From assembly GCA_033763315.1 (NCBI GenBank), contig JANRKS010000007.1, positions 192,001-256,000 on the forward strand: 64,000 nucleotides of DNA, given 5' to 3'. This document shows positions 1 to 8,638 of this stretch, in pieces. Positions within the stretch are counted from its first letter, which is position 1. Every line of letters begins with the position of its first letter. Made by a program: the position numbers and the translations under genes. The notes below the pieces were generated by a model, which saw only the letters and a program-made list of their open reading frames with translations, was not told the DNA's origin and ran no database searches. The stretch is from Deltaproteobacteria bacterium (lineage in GTDB: Bacteria; Myxococcota_A; Polyangia; Fen-1088).

Positions 1-1370
1 CTTCGGACTTCGCGAAGGCACACGGTTACTGCGCCGACGATCACTGGATCGTGCGTTACAACGAGTCCTTCGCCGCGCAGGGGCGCGAGGAGGGCACCAT
101 GCATCCGAACCGCGTCGGCCACGCGGCGATTGCCAATCGCTTCCTCGAGTCACTTCGCCGAGTCCTCGGGCAGGTCCCCCTCGACCTGCCTGTGACCCCA
201 GAGATCGTCGGGCCCACGATCTTCATTGGACCCGAGTACGGCTATGAGAGCGGCGGCTGGCGCGTGGGTCGCCATCCTCGCTTCCTCGCCGACATGAACG
301 GCGATCAAAAGGTGGACATCATCGGGATGGCCGACGCGGGAGTGGTCGTGTCGCAGGGACGCACCGCGGGTTTCGGGCCGTCCCAGTTCAATCTCGCCCA
401 GTTCGGCGCCGGTCCAGAAGGTGGCAACTGGGATGCGGTCCGCCACCCGCGACTCGTAGCTGACATGGATCGAGACGGGAACGCCGACATCGTGGGTTTT
501 GCGGAGGCAGGTGTTCACATCGGCTACTCGAACAAGATCACCTTCGTCGATTCTTACGTGCTGGCCGCGTTCGGTGCGAGCGCCGGGGGCTGGGACGGCC
601 TGCGACACCCGCGGGTTGTGGCGGATGTCGACGGTAATAACCTGCTGGACATCATCGGGTTTGCCGAGGATGGTGTTCATGTCTCACGAGGACGCGTGGG
701 TCGGTCCTTTGACGCCCCGGTGCTGGCGTCCACGGCTTTCGGTGCCAAAGACGGCTGGAGCAGCCCACAGTACACACGATTGGTCGCGGACATCACTGGC
801 GACCTTCGTGCGGACATCGTCGCTTTCGGGTACGCCGGAGTCACAGTGGCACTCGGCACGCCCGCTGGTACGTTCGGGGCTCCGTTCGTGACTCTGCCCA
901 CGTTCGGCGGGTCCCCGGAGGCCGGGGGCTGGGATCAATCGACGCCGCGCATGCTCGCGGACGTGACCGGCGACGGGTATCCGGACATCGTGGGCTTCGG
1001 GAAGAACGGCGTGGATGTCGCCGTGAACCTCGGGGCGGGCAACTTCCAGGCTGCAGTCCGCTGGAGCAATACCTTCGGCAGCGGGGCCGCTGCGGGCGGT
1101 TGGGGATCGCAGCACCCGCGCGCGCTGGTTGACTTGGACGGCGACCGTAAGATGGACGTGGTGGGTTTCGGATACGAAGGCGTCGTGATCTCGCTCTCAT
1201 CTGGGTTGAGGTTCGGCCCGCCCGTGCTGGCTTTGCGGGATTACGGTGTCCAGGCGGCGTGGGACACCAGGAACAACCCGCGTCTCTTGGGTGATGCAAA
1301 CGGAGACGGTCGACCCGACATCGTCGGCTTCGCCTACGCCGGCACCATCTGGACGCCGTTCAAGCTGTGA
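1..1370 (+). CDS. 5'-truncated SGNH/GDSL-type hydrolase fused to a seven-repeat FG-GAP/PVL-like beta-propeller
   Basis: Frame is open from nt 3 (SDFAKAHGYCADDHW...GTMHPNRVGH, SGNH block V-like). Seven repeats of GW..RHPR.(V/L)AD..GDG..DIVGF...GV follow. Confidence 0.75.
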   Translation, partial: SDFAKAHGYCADDHWIVRYNESFAAQGREEGTMHPNRVGHAAIANRFLESLRRVLGQVPLDLPVTPEIVGPTIFIGPEYGYESGGWRVGRHPRFLADMNGDQKVDIIGMADAGVVVSQGRTAGFGPSQFNLAQFGAGPEGGNWDAVRHPRLVADMDRDGNADIVGFAEAGVHIGYSNKITFVDSYVLAAFGASAGGWDGLRHPRVVADVDGNNLLDIIGFAEDGVHVSRGRVGRSFDAPVLASTAFGAKDGWSSPQYTRLVADITGDLRADIVAFGYAGVTVALGTPAGTFGAPFVTLPTFGGSPEAGGWDQSTPRMLADVTGDGYPDIVGFGKNGVDVAVNLGAGNFQAAVRWSNTFGSGAAAGGWGSQHPRALVDLDGDRKMDVVGFGYEGVVISLSSGLRFGPPVLALRDYGVQAAWDTRNNPRLLGDANGDGRPDIVGFAYAGTIWTPFKL

Positions 1371-1480
1371 GCGCGTCTGCTTGATCCAGCGAGGCGCGCT
1401 CCACTTTTTATCAAGCTCTTTCGCGCAGCGAACGAGCGCCACGCCACAGCCCGGAACGATGCCCTCTTCAGCGAACCAGT

Positions 1481-1530
1481 AGAAGAAGGTTTCTGCGGGC
1501 CGCAGAAGAAGGTTTCTGCGGGCCGCAGAA
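1481..1530. repeat. 23-bp perfect tandem duplication AGAAGAAGGTTTCTGCGGGCCGC (2 copies plus AGAA)
   Basis: Seen directly at 1481-1503 and 1504-1526. Confidence 0.95.
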
Positions 1531-1545
1531 AGCCCACCACGCCGG

Positions 1546-1797
1546 CTAGCGGCAGGACCGGTGCCCGGATAAAACCGCGTCTTGGGCCACTTGATGCTGC
1601 AGGATCTCCTCGTATCCGCACAACGCTCCATGAACCGCGCCAATCCCCACCTGCAACGTTGAGCCATCCTCGACCAACGCGGCCACGAGCTCAGCGATCT
1701 TCTGATCGACCTCTGTGGGCACAGCTTTCGGGGCATCCTGCAGCGGGCGATCCGTATGCATCAAGGCCGAGATGCGAGACAGCGGCACGAACGGCAA
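1546..1797 (-). pseudogene. Fragment of an acetyl-CoA hydrolase / 4-hydroxybutyrate CoA-transferase family gene
   Basis: VPLSRISALMHTDRPL...EVDQKIAELVAALVEDGSTLQVGIGAV matches the mid-protein DG.TLQ.GIG motif. N- and C-terminal parts are missing. Confidence 0.6.
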
Positions 1798-1818
1798 GGC
1801 CGAGCAAACAGCGGGTGA

Positions 1819-2592
1819 TCAGTTTTCAACGAACGCGCGTTCGATCACGTACTCGCCTTGATGATCGCTGTTGCCCTCGGAGAAGCCGCGGGTTTGCAAC
1901 ACGCTCAAGGTGTCTTTCAACATGCTGGGGCTGCCGCAAATCATCACGCGATCGTGTTGTGGATCTAGATCTGGGAAACCCAGGTCGGAAAACAACTTGC
2001 CGCTTTCCATCAAGTGGCTGATGCGCCCTTGGTTGCGGAATGCCTCGCGCGTGACCGTGGGATAATACCGCAACTGCTCTTTGACCTGATCGCCAACCAG
2101 TTCATGGTTGGGCAACTCGTTCTCGATGTAGTCTTTGTAGCCCAAGTCGCTGATCATGCGCGCGCCGTGGGCGATCGTCACATGCTCGAACTTTTCGTAC
2201 GTGGCTGGATCGCGGATGATGCTCATGAACGGCGCCAACCCTGTGCCCGTGCTCAACAAGTACAAGCGCTTGCCGGGGTGAAGGTTGTCCACCACCAACG
2301 TGCCTGTGGGCTTGCGGCTCACAAGAATCGAATCGCCCGGCTTCGTGTGCTGTAAGCGCGACGTGAGGCGGCCATCGGGCACCTTGATGCTGTAGAACTC
2401 CAGGTGCTCGTCGTAGTTGGCGCTCACCATGCTGTAGGCGCGCATCAGTGGCTTACCTTCCACTTCAAGGCCAATCATGACGAAGTGGCCATTCTTGAAG
2501 CGAAAGCTGGGGCTGCGCGTGGTGGTGAAACTAAACAGCGAGTCGTTCCAGTGGCGAACGCTTAGAACTTGTTCTTGGTTGATCAGGCTCAT
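1819..2592 (-). CDS. fpr: Ferredoxin--NADP+ reductase (bacterial subclass I)
   Basis: RAYS, GRLTSRL, STGTGLAPF and ICGSP motifs; C-terminal IERAFVE. Confidence 0.95.
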   Translation of the reverse strand: MSLINQEQVLSVRHWNDSLFSFTTTRSPSFRFKNGHFVMIGLEVEGKPLMRAYSMVSANYDEHLEFYSIKVPDGRLTSRLQHTKPGDSILVSRKPTGTLVVDNLHPGKRLYLLSTGTGLAPFMSIIRDPATYEKFEHVTIAHGARMISDLGYKDYIENELPNHELVGDQVKEQLRYYPTVTREAFRNQGRISHLMESGKLFSDLGFPDLDPQHDRVMICGSPSMLKDTLSVLQTRGFSEGNSDHQGEYVIERAFVEN

Positions 2593-2631
2593 GCAACGGC
2601 TTCCTTAAAGTAAAGGTAGGCGACGCTTTCC

Positions 2632-2657
2632 TATCTGTATAACGGGATATTCAGATA
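2632..2657. promoter_or_regulatory. Inverted repeat TATCTGTATA-N6-TATTCAGATA, probable LysR (FinR) operator
   Basis: 9/10 dyad in the AT-rich divergent fpr/finR intergenic region. Confidence 0.55.
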
Positions 2658-2698
2658 TAATCATTCGGCGCAGCCGATATAGGATTGGCTCGAAACCC

Positions 2699-3577
2699 AT
2701 GCGATACACGCTCCGTCAGTTGGAAGTCTTTTTGGCCGTGGCCCGCTTTGCCAGCGTCAGTCGGGCGGCCAAGGCCCTGTTTATGTCGCAATCAGCCACA
2801 AGCGGTGCGTTGGCGGATTTAGAACGCCAATTCAGCGTCCAGCTGTTCGATCGCGTGGGCAAACGGCTGGCGCTCAATGAGCTCGGGCAAGCGTTGCGTC
2901 CGCAGGCCGAAGCCACGCTGGAGCAAGCACAAGAGCTAGAACGGGCGCTGCAAACCCGCAATCCCGTGGGGCGCCTGCGGTTGGGGGCCACACTGACGAT
3001 CGGCAATTACGTGGCCGCCCCCTTGATGGCGCGGTTCTTGGCGGACCACCCGAACGCGCAGTTGTCGCTGGCCGTGGCCAACACCGAGCAGATCGCCCGC
3101 CAGGTGGCGAACTTTGAGATCGACGTGGGCATGATCGAAGGCGAGCTGCAGCATCCCGACCTGGACGTGGAGCCATGGCGCCAGGACCAATTGGTGGTGT
3201 TCTGTGCGCCTGACCACCCCTTGGGCCGCCGGCGGAACCTCACCGACGCGGATTTGGCCGCCAACGCGTGGGTTGTGCGTGAGCATGGCTCCGGCACGCG
3301 CCAGGCGTTTGACCGGGCCATGCACGGCCTGACCCTGCAAATCGCGCTTGAGCTGCAACACACCGAAGCCATCAAAAGTGCCGTGGCCTCGGGTATGGGA
3401 TTGGGTTGCCTGTCCGAATTGGCGCTGCAACAGGAATTTAGAAGCGGCACCCTGAAAGCCTGCAAGGTGCCCCAGCGGGATTTTCGCCGGCGTTTTTACT
3501 TTGTCTTACACAAGCACAAGCACCGCGGCACAGGGGCGCAAGCCTGGCTGCAGCTGTGCCGGCAACCGGCACTTTAA
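2699..3577 (+). CDS. finR: LysR-family regulator, FinR-like
   Basis: MRYTLRQLEVF..SVSRAA..L.MSQSA HTH and REHGSGTR. Divergent from fpr, as in Pseudomonas. Confidence 0.8.
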   Translation: MRYTLRQLEVFLAVARFASVSRAAKALFMSQSATSGALADLERQFSVQLFDRVGKRLALNELGQALRPQAEATLEQAQELERALQTRNPVGRLRLGATLTIGNYVAAPLMARFLADHPNAQLSLAVANTEQIARQVANFEIDVGMIEGELQHPDLDVEPWRQDQLVVFCAPDHPLGRRRNLTDADLAANAWVVREHGSGTRQAFDRAMHGLTLQIALELQHTEAIKSAVASGMGLGCLSELALQQEFRSGTLKACKVPQRDFRRRFYFVLHKHKHRGTGAQAWLQLCRQPAL

Positions 3578-3643
3578 ACTTAAGCCCCCAACGCAAGCCG
3601 CCGACATGACCCTAGCGAGGCCTGTTCTCGCAGGCGTTCCTTA

Positions 3644-4846
3644 ATGACGGTCCTCATTGCCGACTCCGATCTGATCACACGCACCCTGCTTGAGAAGTCA
3701 TTGGGCGGCGGTGGTTACGACGTGGCGATCGCGGCCACGCCCGAAGAGGCCGAGCTCGTTCTACTCGGCAACACGCAGATCAACGCCGTTGTGGTGGACG
3801 GCAAAGTCAGCGGCGGCTTCGGCACACCGCTGTGCTCGCGTTTGCGGCAACGCGCCGGCGAGCGCCCTTTGTTTGTGATCATGATGATCCGTCGCGAGGA
3901 TGGATCCGATATTCGCAGCGCGCTTGAAAACGGCGCCAACGAGGTGATCAACAAGCCTGTCAACATAGATGAGATGCTCGCGCGTTTGGCCAACGGCCTG
4001 CGCATGCTTGAGGCCGAAGAATCGCTTTGGACCGCCCGGGCGTACTTGGCGGCGGTCATGGACAACTTAGACGTGGGTGTGATCATCACGGGCACCGACG
4101 GGCGCGTGGCGCAAGCCAACGAAGCGATCGCGCGCGTGGGTGGCGTGCCGCCCGAACACATCATCGGCCGTGAACGCAGCCACGTGTACGCGCATTGGCA
4201 GGGGCGCGATGATCGCAGCGCAAGCACGTTCATCCCGGGCCGCGAAGACGTCGACCTGCCGGGGCGCCAACGCCGCGTTTTGCGCGTGACGCGCGCGCTC
4301 TCGAAGCTGCCTTGGGGCGAGATCAGGATCGAGCTTTGCCAAGATGCTTCGAAGGAAATCCTTTACGACGAGTTCGTTGAGAAGTCGTCGCAAACCGACC
4401 CCGTCACGGGCGTGTTGAACCGGCAAGGCGGCGAAACAGCGTTGCGCAAAGCGCTCGATCGCTCACAGCGGCACAGCGAAGGATTGTCGGTGGGAGCTTT
4501 GCGCTTGGCAAACCTGCCAAGCACGGGCGGCCCCGCCGGCCCCGCGTTGGTCGATAAAGTGTTGCGGCAAGTGGCGCAGCTTTTGGTGAGGCTCACACGT
4601 GGCACGGATGAAGTGGCCCGCTGGAGCGCGGACGGATTCATTGTGGTGCTGCACAACGCGGCCAAAAACCAGGCGGATGTCGTGATCAAGCGATTGCAAA
4701 AGGCCGTCACGACGTTGCAGGTGGAAGGTGCCCCCAGCTTGTTGCTCGCGGTTGGCATCACTGAATGCGACAACGCCGCGAGCGTGGAAGAAGTCATTGA
4801 GCGCGCGTGGGCGAGCGTGGGACCGGCCACCACATTTGTTGGGTAA
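3644..4846 (+). CDS. REC-PAS-degenerate GGDEF protein
   Basis: N-terminal receiver (IADSD, VVVD, NKP); PAS (VIITGTDGRVAQAN); TDPVTGVLNR; RGTD I-site; active site reads SADGF. Confidence 0.8.
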   Translation: MTVLIADSDLITRTLLEKSLGGGGYDVAIAATPEEAELVLLGNTQINAVVVDGKVSGGFGTPLCSRLRQRAGERPLFVIMMIRREDGSDIRSALENGANEVINKPVNIDEMLARLANGLRMLEAEESLWTARAYLAAVMDNLDVGVIITGTDGRVAQANEAIARVGGVPPEHIIGRERSHVYAHWQGRDDRSASTFIPGREDVDLPGRQRRVLRVTRALSKLPWGEIRIELCQDASKEILYDEFVEKSSQTDPVTGVLNRQGGETALRKALDRSQRHSEGLSVGALRLANLPSTGGPAGPALVDKVLRQVAQLLVRLTRGTDEVARWSADGFIVVLHNAAKNQADVVIKRLQKAVTTLQVEGAPSLLLAVGITECDNAASVEEVIERAWASVGPATTFVG

Positions 4847-4860
4847 AATGTTGGGTAAAA
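4837..4860. repeat. 12-bp tandem duplication TGTTGGGTAAAA spanning the stop codon
   Basis: Seen directly at 4837-4848 and 4849-4860. Confidence 0.85.
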
Positions 4861-4961
4861 AATTGGGGAATATCCCGGGCCATTTGCCGTAACAGCGGCG
4901 ATTCGGTGATCCAGTCAACGGGTGTACTTGAATCGTGAAGCGCCTGTGGTAATTGGGCTTC

Positions 4962-5867
4962 ATGTTTAAGTGGGCTTTGCTGGCTGGGGCCGCGTTGGTG
5001 TGGGCGTGCACGGTGCCTGCGGATGATCTTGGACCTGGTGTTGATGCCGACACAGGCACGATACAAACCGGGGGCACAGGCGGCGCACGCAGTGGGGGCG
5101 GCAACCAGGGCGGCAAGGGCATGGGGGGCGTCGTTGGCAGCGGGGGTCTAGCCGCAATGGGAGGGGCGCCCGGAATGGGTGGCGAGCTCGGCGGCGGCGG
5201 TGCCGCAGTCACAGGCGGTATCGGCGGCAGCGTTGCCACGGGTGGCACACCAGGTACAGGCGGCGTGGTTGCCACAGGGGGCACGCCCGGCACAGGCGGC
5301 AGCGTCGCCACAGGGGGCACGCCCGGCACAGGCGGCGTGGTTGCCACCGGAGGCACACCGGGCACGGGCGGCACCACACCAGTGTTGACCGACACCGCGC
5401 GCTTCAACTTCGAGACGAGCACACAAGGTTGGACCGATTTGGGCGTCGGCACCAGCCGGGAGCCCGGATTGGCCCCCGTTCGTTCATCCGATAGAGCCTA
5501 CGCCGGCGATTACAGTTTGCGGTATCCGATCGTCGTCACCAAGAACAACACCAGCGAACGCTTGGCTGGCGTGGTTGCCGGTGGCATCGGTGATTTGCCT
5601 CCCGGCAAGACCATCACGTTTCAGGTGTGGGTGCCGCCGGGGCATAAGATCACCACCTTGCAGGGCTTCGTGCAAACACGCGCCGCCAATTCATGGCAAC
5701 AAGATCAACGAACGGGAGAGCAAATCGGCACGGCCGCGTGGACGCAACTGAGCGTTCCCATTCCGCCATCGTTTGCAGGCCAAGATCCGCTTGAACTCGG
5801 CGTTCGCGTGACTGTGAACGGGCAGTGGTCAGGCGACGTTTACATCGATTCTGTGCGCGTGCAGTAG
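4962..5867 (+). CDS. Lipoprotein with Gly/Thr-rich linker and C-terminal carbohydrate-binding-like jelly-roll domain
   Basis: Lipobox-like VWAC; GGxVATGGTPGT repeats; FNFETSTQGW...VYIDSV CBM-like termini. Confidence 0.65.
   Translation: MFKWALLAGAALVWACTVPADDLGPGVDADTGTIQTGGTGGARSGGGNQGGKGMGGVVGSGGLAAMGGAPGMGGELGGGGAAVTGGIGGSVATGGTPGTGGVVATGGTPGTGGSVATGGTPGTGGVVATGGTPGTGGTTPVLTDTARFNFETSTQGWTDLGVGTSREPGLAPVRSSDRAYAGDYSLRYPIVVTKNNTSERLAGVVAGGIGDLPPGKTITFQVWVPPGHKITTLQGFVQTRAANSWQQDQRTGEQIGTAAWTQLSVPIPPSFAGQDPLELGVRVTVNGQWSGDVYIDSVRVQ
5223..5366 (+). repeat. Four 36-bp coding repeats (GG[S/V]VATGGTPGT)
   Basis: Seen in both DNA and translation. Confidence 0.9.
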
Positions 5868-5870
5868 CGA

Positions 5871-7961
5871 CTAAGAACCGCTTTTCATGCGGTTCACGGC
5901 GTGGTTGGGTCGGCGGCCGCGGTTCGGACCGTGACGCAATTTCACCTTCTGTGGTGGGTGGCCTGCGGCCACACGGTATTGCTGCGGCTTGCGTTCCAAG
6001 CGCGGAAGATCCTGCAGTAAAGCGGCGTAATCTTCCGGTGAGACCTGCCGCTTCTCACGCACCAGCGTGTGCCATACAGCGCCTTCGTCACTGGCCGCTT
6101 CGGAGGCTTCGTCGAGATCGAACGCGGCTTCAAACACCAGGGGCTCGGCGCCCAAGATGCCGCCTTGGCCTTGGCCGGCGAAACGCCTGAACACATCAGG
6201 CCCGAACGCTTCGTAATACAGGATTGTATGCGCGGTCGATAAGGAGCCCGCCCACGGGTAACGACGCAGCAGCCACTTTGCCGAGAACGTCTCCACGGCT
6301 TCGTCGAGGGCCACCACCTCGTCGTCGCTTTTGGGTGGCGTTTGCTCTTCGTAAAACAAGCCGGTGCCGAATCGATCGCCCTTGACTTGCCACACATCAG
6401 TGATGCCAAAATTTGCAGGCGCTTGCGCCACCAGCGCACCGTGGGTGAGATCAAATTCGCCCACGATGAACGCCGCCACTGAAGATCGGTGTGCATCTAG
6501 AAAGCGCACGGTATCCAGCGCCTCTTCGTAGGTTTCGGTGGGAAAGCCGGTGAAGCACATGGCTTCGGCGGCGATGCCCGCCTCCGCGAGGTTCTCGATC
6601 ACATCGCCCACCACCGTCACGGGAGCGCCTTTGTCGATGAGGCTCAGCACGCGCTGGTTGCCCGTTTCCACACCGAGGGCACAGGCCACCGCGCCGCCTT
6701 CACGCAGGATGCGCGCGCGTTCGGGGGTGAGGTATTTCTCCGCCTTGAGATCGGTGGCCCAGCGCAACGGCGTGTGGGCCTCTTTGAGACCTTCGGCCAA
6801 CTTGACCAACGTTTTTGGCGCCACAGAATCCTGCGAAAGATAAAACGTGTTCGTGCCGTATTTCGCTGCCAGCCCGTTGAGATGTTCCACACACGTCTGC
6901 ACGCCGCGCTCACGGTAACTGGCGGTTCCCACTTCAGCCAAACCGTAATGGCAGAACGTGCATTTGCCCCAGTAACAACCGCGCGTGGGATCATAGGGCA
7001 GCACAAGCTGCGGCGTCAGATATAAGTCCAACGGAAAGCCATCGAAATCGGGCGCGGGCAGGCTGCGCATATCAACGCTGGCCTCCCCTGGCCTGTATTT
7101 CGCTCCCAACAACGGATCGCGATACACCACGTTGTTGATTGTCGACCACGTCTTGTTGTTGGCCACGCCGGCGTCAAACGCCTCACACATCCTAAGTAAG
7201 GTGTCCTCGCCCTCGAACACCACGGCCGTGTCGAAGGGCCCCAGCGCCGCCTGCAAATCAGGGCCCTTTTGGCGAATCAACAACTGCGTGATTGCGGGCC
7301 CACCCACCGTTAAGTGAATGTGTGGCAGCGCCGCCTTGATCTTGAGGGCGAAGCTATACGCAGGCTGCACTTGGCCCGGGAAACACACGGAAAGGCCCAC
7401 CATTTGCGGCTGCTCGCGGGCCAAGCGTGGAATCAGAACTTCATTCACATAGGCCGCAAACGGATCGCGTTGCGGGCTTGCGTCGGAGGCGATCTCCTCG
7501 GGCGACGTCAACGAAAACGGCGTGCGGTAGGCGGTAAAGTCGATCATCGTGGGTGAAAAAGCGGCCGAGATCACGCGCAGGCTCGCTTCGATTGTGTCCA
7601 CGGCGCGGCTATAGGCCTGCACGTCCAAGAACGCTTTGCGATCCCGCAACGTGCGCACAGCTTGCTCGATGCCTGAGGGCACCGCGTGCGCGTCGCCGCG
7701 CGCGTCCCACAAGCGCGTATAGAGCAACTGATCTGTATGTGAAAGCTGCGGCTGCGACTCAAGCCGTGCGATCTGCGCTTCGATCTTGTCGCGCGCCCCG
7801 GCCAGCGGCGCCGGCCGCAACCAGTGGTCATACGCCTCGATGTTGGCGTCGATGGGAACCACCGTGACGCCCGCGCGGCGCAAAAAGCCCGTTAGCATCG
7901 GCACAGCCAGGTAGGGGGCCGTGGGGTCACACGTGGGCGGGTAGATAAGGGCAACCTTCAT
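5871..7961 (-). CDS. B12-binding-domain radical SAM protein
   Basis: PYLAVPML and VGLS...GGP cobalamin-binding fold; RGCYWGKCTFC CxxxCxxC motif. Confidence 0.85.
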   Translation of the reverse strand: MKVALIYPPTCDPTAPYLAVPMLTGFLRRAGVTVVPIDANIEAYDHWLRPAPLAGARDKIEAQIARLESQPQLSHTDQLLYTRLWDARGDAHAVPSGIEQAVRTLRDRKAFLDVQAYSRAVDTIEASLRVISAAFSPTMIDFTAYRTPFSLTSPEEIASDASPQRDPFAAYVNEVLIPRLAREQPQMVGLSVCFPGQVQPAYSFALKIKAALPHIHLTVGGPAITQLLIRQKGPDLQAALGPFDTAVVFEGEDTLLRMCEAFDAGVANNKTWSTINNVVYRDPLLGAKYRPGEASVDMRSLPAPDFDGFPLDLYLTPQLVLPYDPTRGCYWGKCTFCHYGLAEVGTASYRERGVQTCVEHLNGLAAKYGTNTFYLSQDSVAPKTLVKLAEGLKEAHTPLRWATDLKAEKYLTPERARILREGGAVACALGVETGNQRVLSLIDKGAPVTVVGDVIENLAEAGIAAEAMCFTGFPTETYEEALDTVRFLDAHRSSVAAFIVGEFDLTHGALVAQAPANFGITDVWQVKGDRFGTGLFYEEQTPPKSDDEVVALDEAVETFSAKWLLRRYPWAGSLSTAHTILYYEAFGPDVFRRFAGQGQGGILGAEPLVFEAAFDLDEASEAASDEGAVWHTLVREKRQVSPEDYAALLQDLPRLERKPQQYRVAAGHPPQKVKLRHGPNRGRRPNHAVNRMKSGS

Positions 7962-8038
7962 GAAAGCGCCAGACTATAGCCGCAAGAGGCGGTGCGAGCC
8001 CGGACGTTCGCACCGCAAGGCCTGCTAAGCTCGGCCGC

Positions 8039-8569
8039 ATGCCCGGCATTGACCCTTCACGCACGTTTACGCCGCTATCACTCGCCATTTTGACGGTTTC
8101 CGACACCCGCAGCCCCGCCGAAGATAGGTCGGGTGACACCTTGCAAGAGCGCGCCGTGACCGCCGGCCACCACGTGGTGGCGCGTGCGTTGGTCACGGAC
8201 GACAAAGCCGCGATTGAGCAACAGGTGCGTGCGTGGATTGCGGATCCAGCGGTTTCGGTGGTGCTGGCCACGGGCGGCACGGGCATCACGGGGCGGGATG
8301 TAACGCCCGACGTTTTCGCCGCGCTGTATGAAAAAGACATCCCTGGTTTCGGGGAGCTGTTTCGCTGGTTGAGCTACGGCAAGATTGGGCTCTCCACGAT
8401 CCAATCGCGGGCCAGCGCGGGGGTGAGCGGAGGAACGCTGTTGTTCTGCTTGCCCGGGTCACCGGGCGCGTGCAAGGACGCCTGGGACGATATCTTGGTG
8501 TTTCAGTTGGACAGCCGTTACCGGCCTTGCAACTTTGCCGAACTGCTGCCGCGTTTACATGAACGATAA
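8039..8569 (+). CDS. moaB: Molybdenum cofactor biosynthesis protein B
   Basis: LTVSDTR, TGGTGITGRDVTP, IPGFGELFR, LPGS and RPCNF motifs. Confidence 0.93.
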   Translation: MPGIDPSRTFTPLSLAILTVSDTRSPAEDRSGDTLQERAVTAGHHVVARALVTDDKAAIEQQVRAWIADPAVSVVLATGGTGITGRDVTPDVFAALYEKDIPGFGELFRWLSYGKIGLSTIQSRASAGVSGGTLLFCLPGSPGACKDAWDDILVFQLDSRYRPCNFAELLPRLHER

Positions 8570-8638
8570 CCACTTTGGTTTGAGCCGTCGGGGCGCCGCT
8601 CCTGTATTCTGGCGCCGGTCAAGGAATCGCTTCGCCTT

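Noticed and set aside
1380-1480. FFYWFAEEGIV as a tyrosine integrase fragment
   Set aside because: Only a short superficial resemblance; no catalytic R-H-R-Y motifs or att site.
5223-5366. 36-bp repeats as a possible CRISPR array
   Set aside because: Contiguous, in-frame and without spacers; no cas genes in the window.
4463-5452. 329-aa Pro-rich minus-strand ORF with PPVPGVPPVAT repeats
   Set aside because: Antisense shadow of the Gly-rich lipoprotein repeats.
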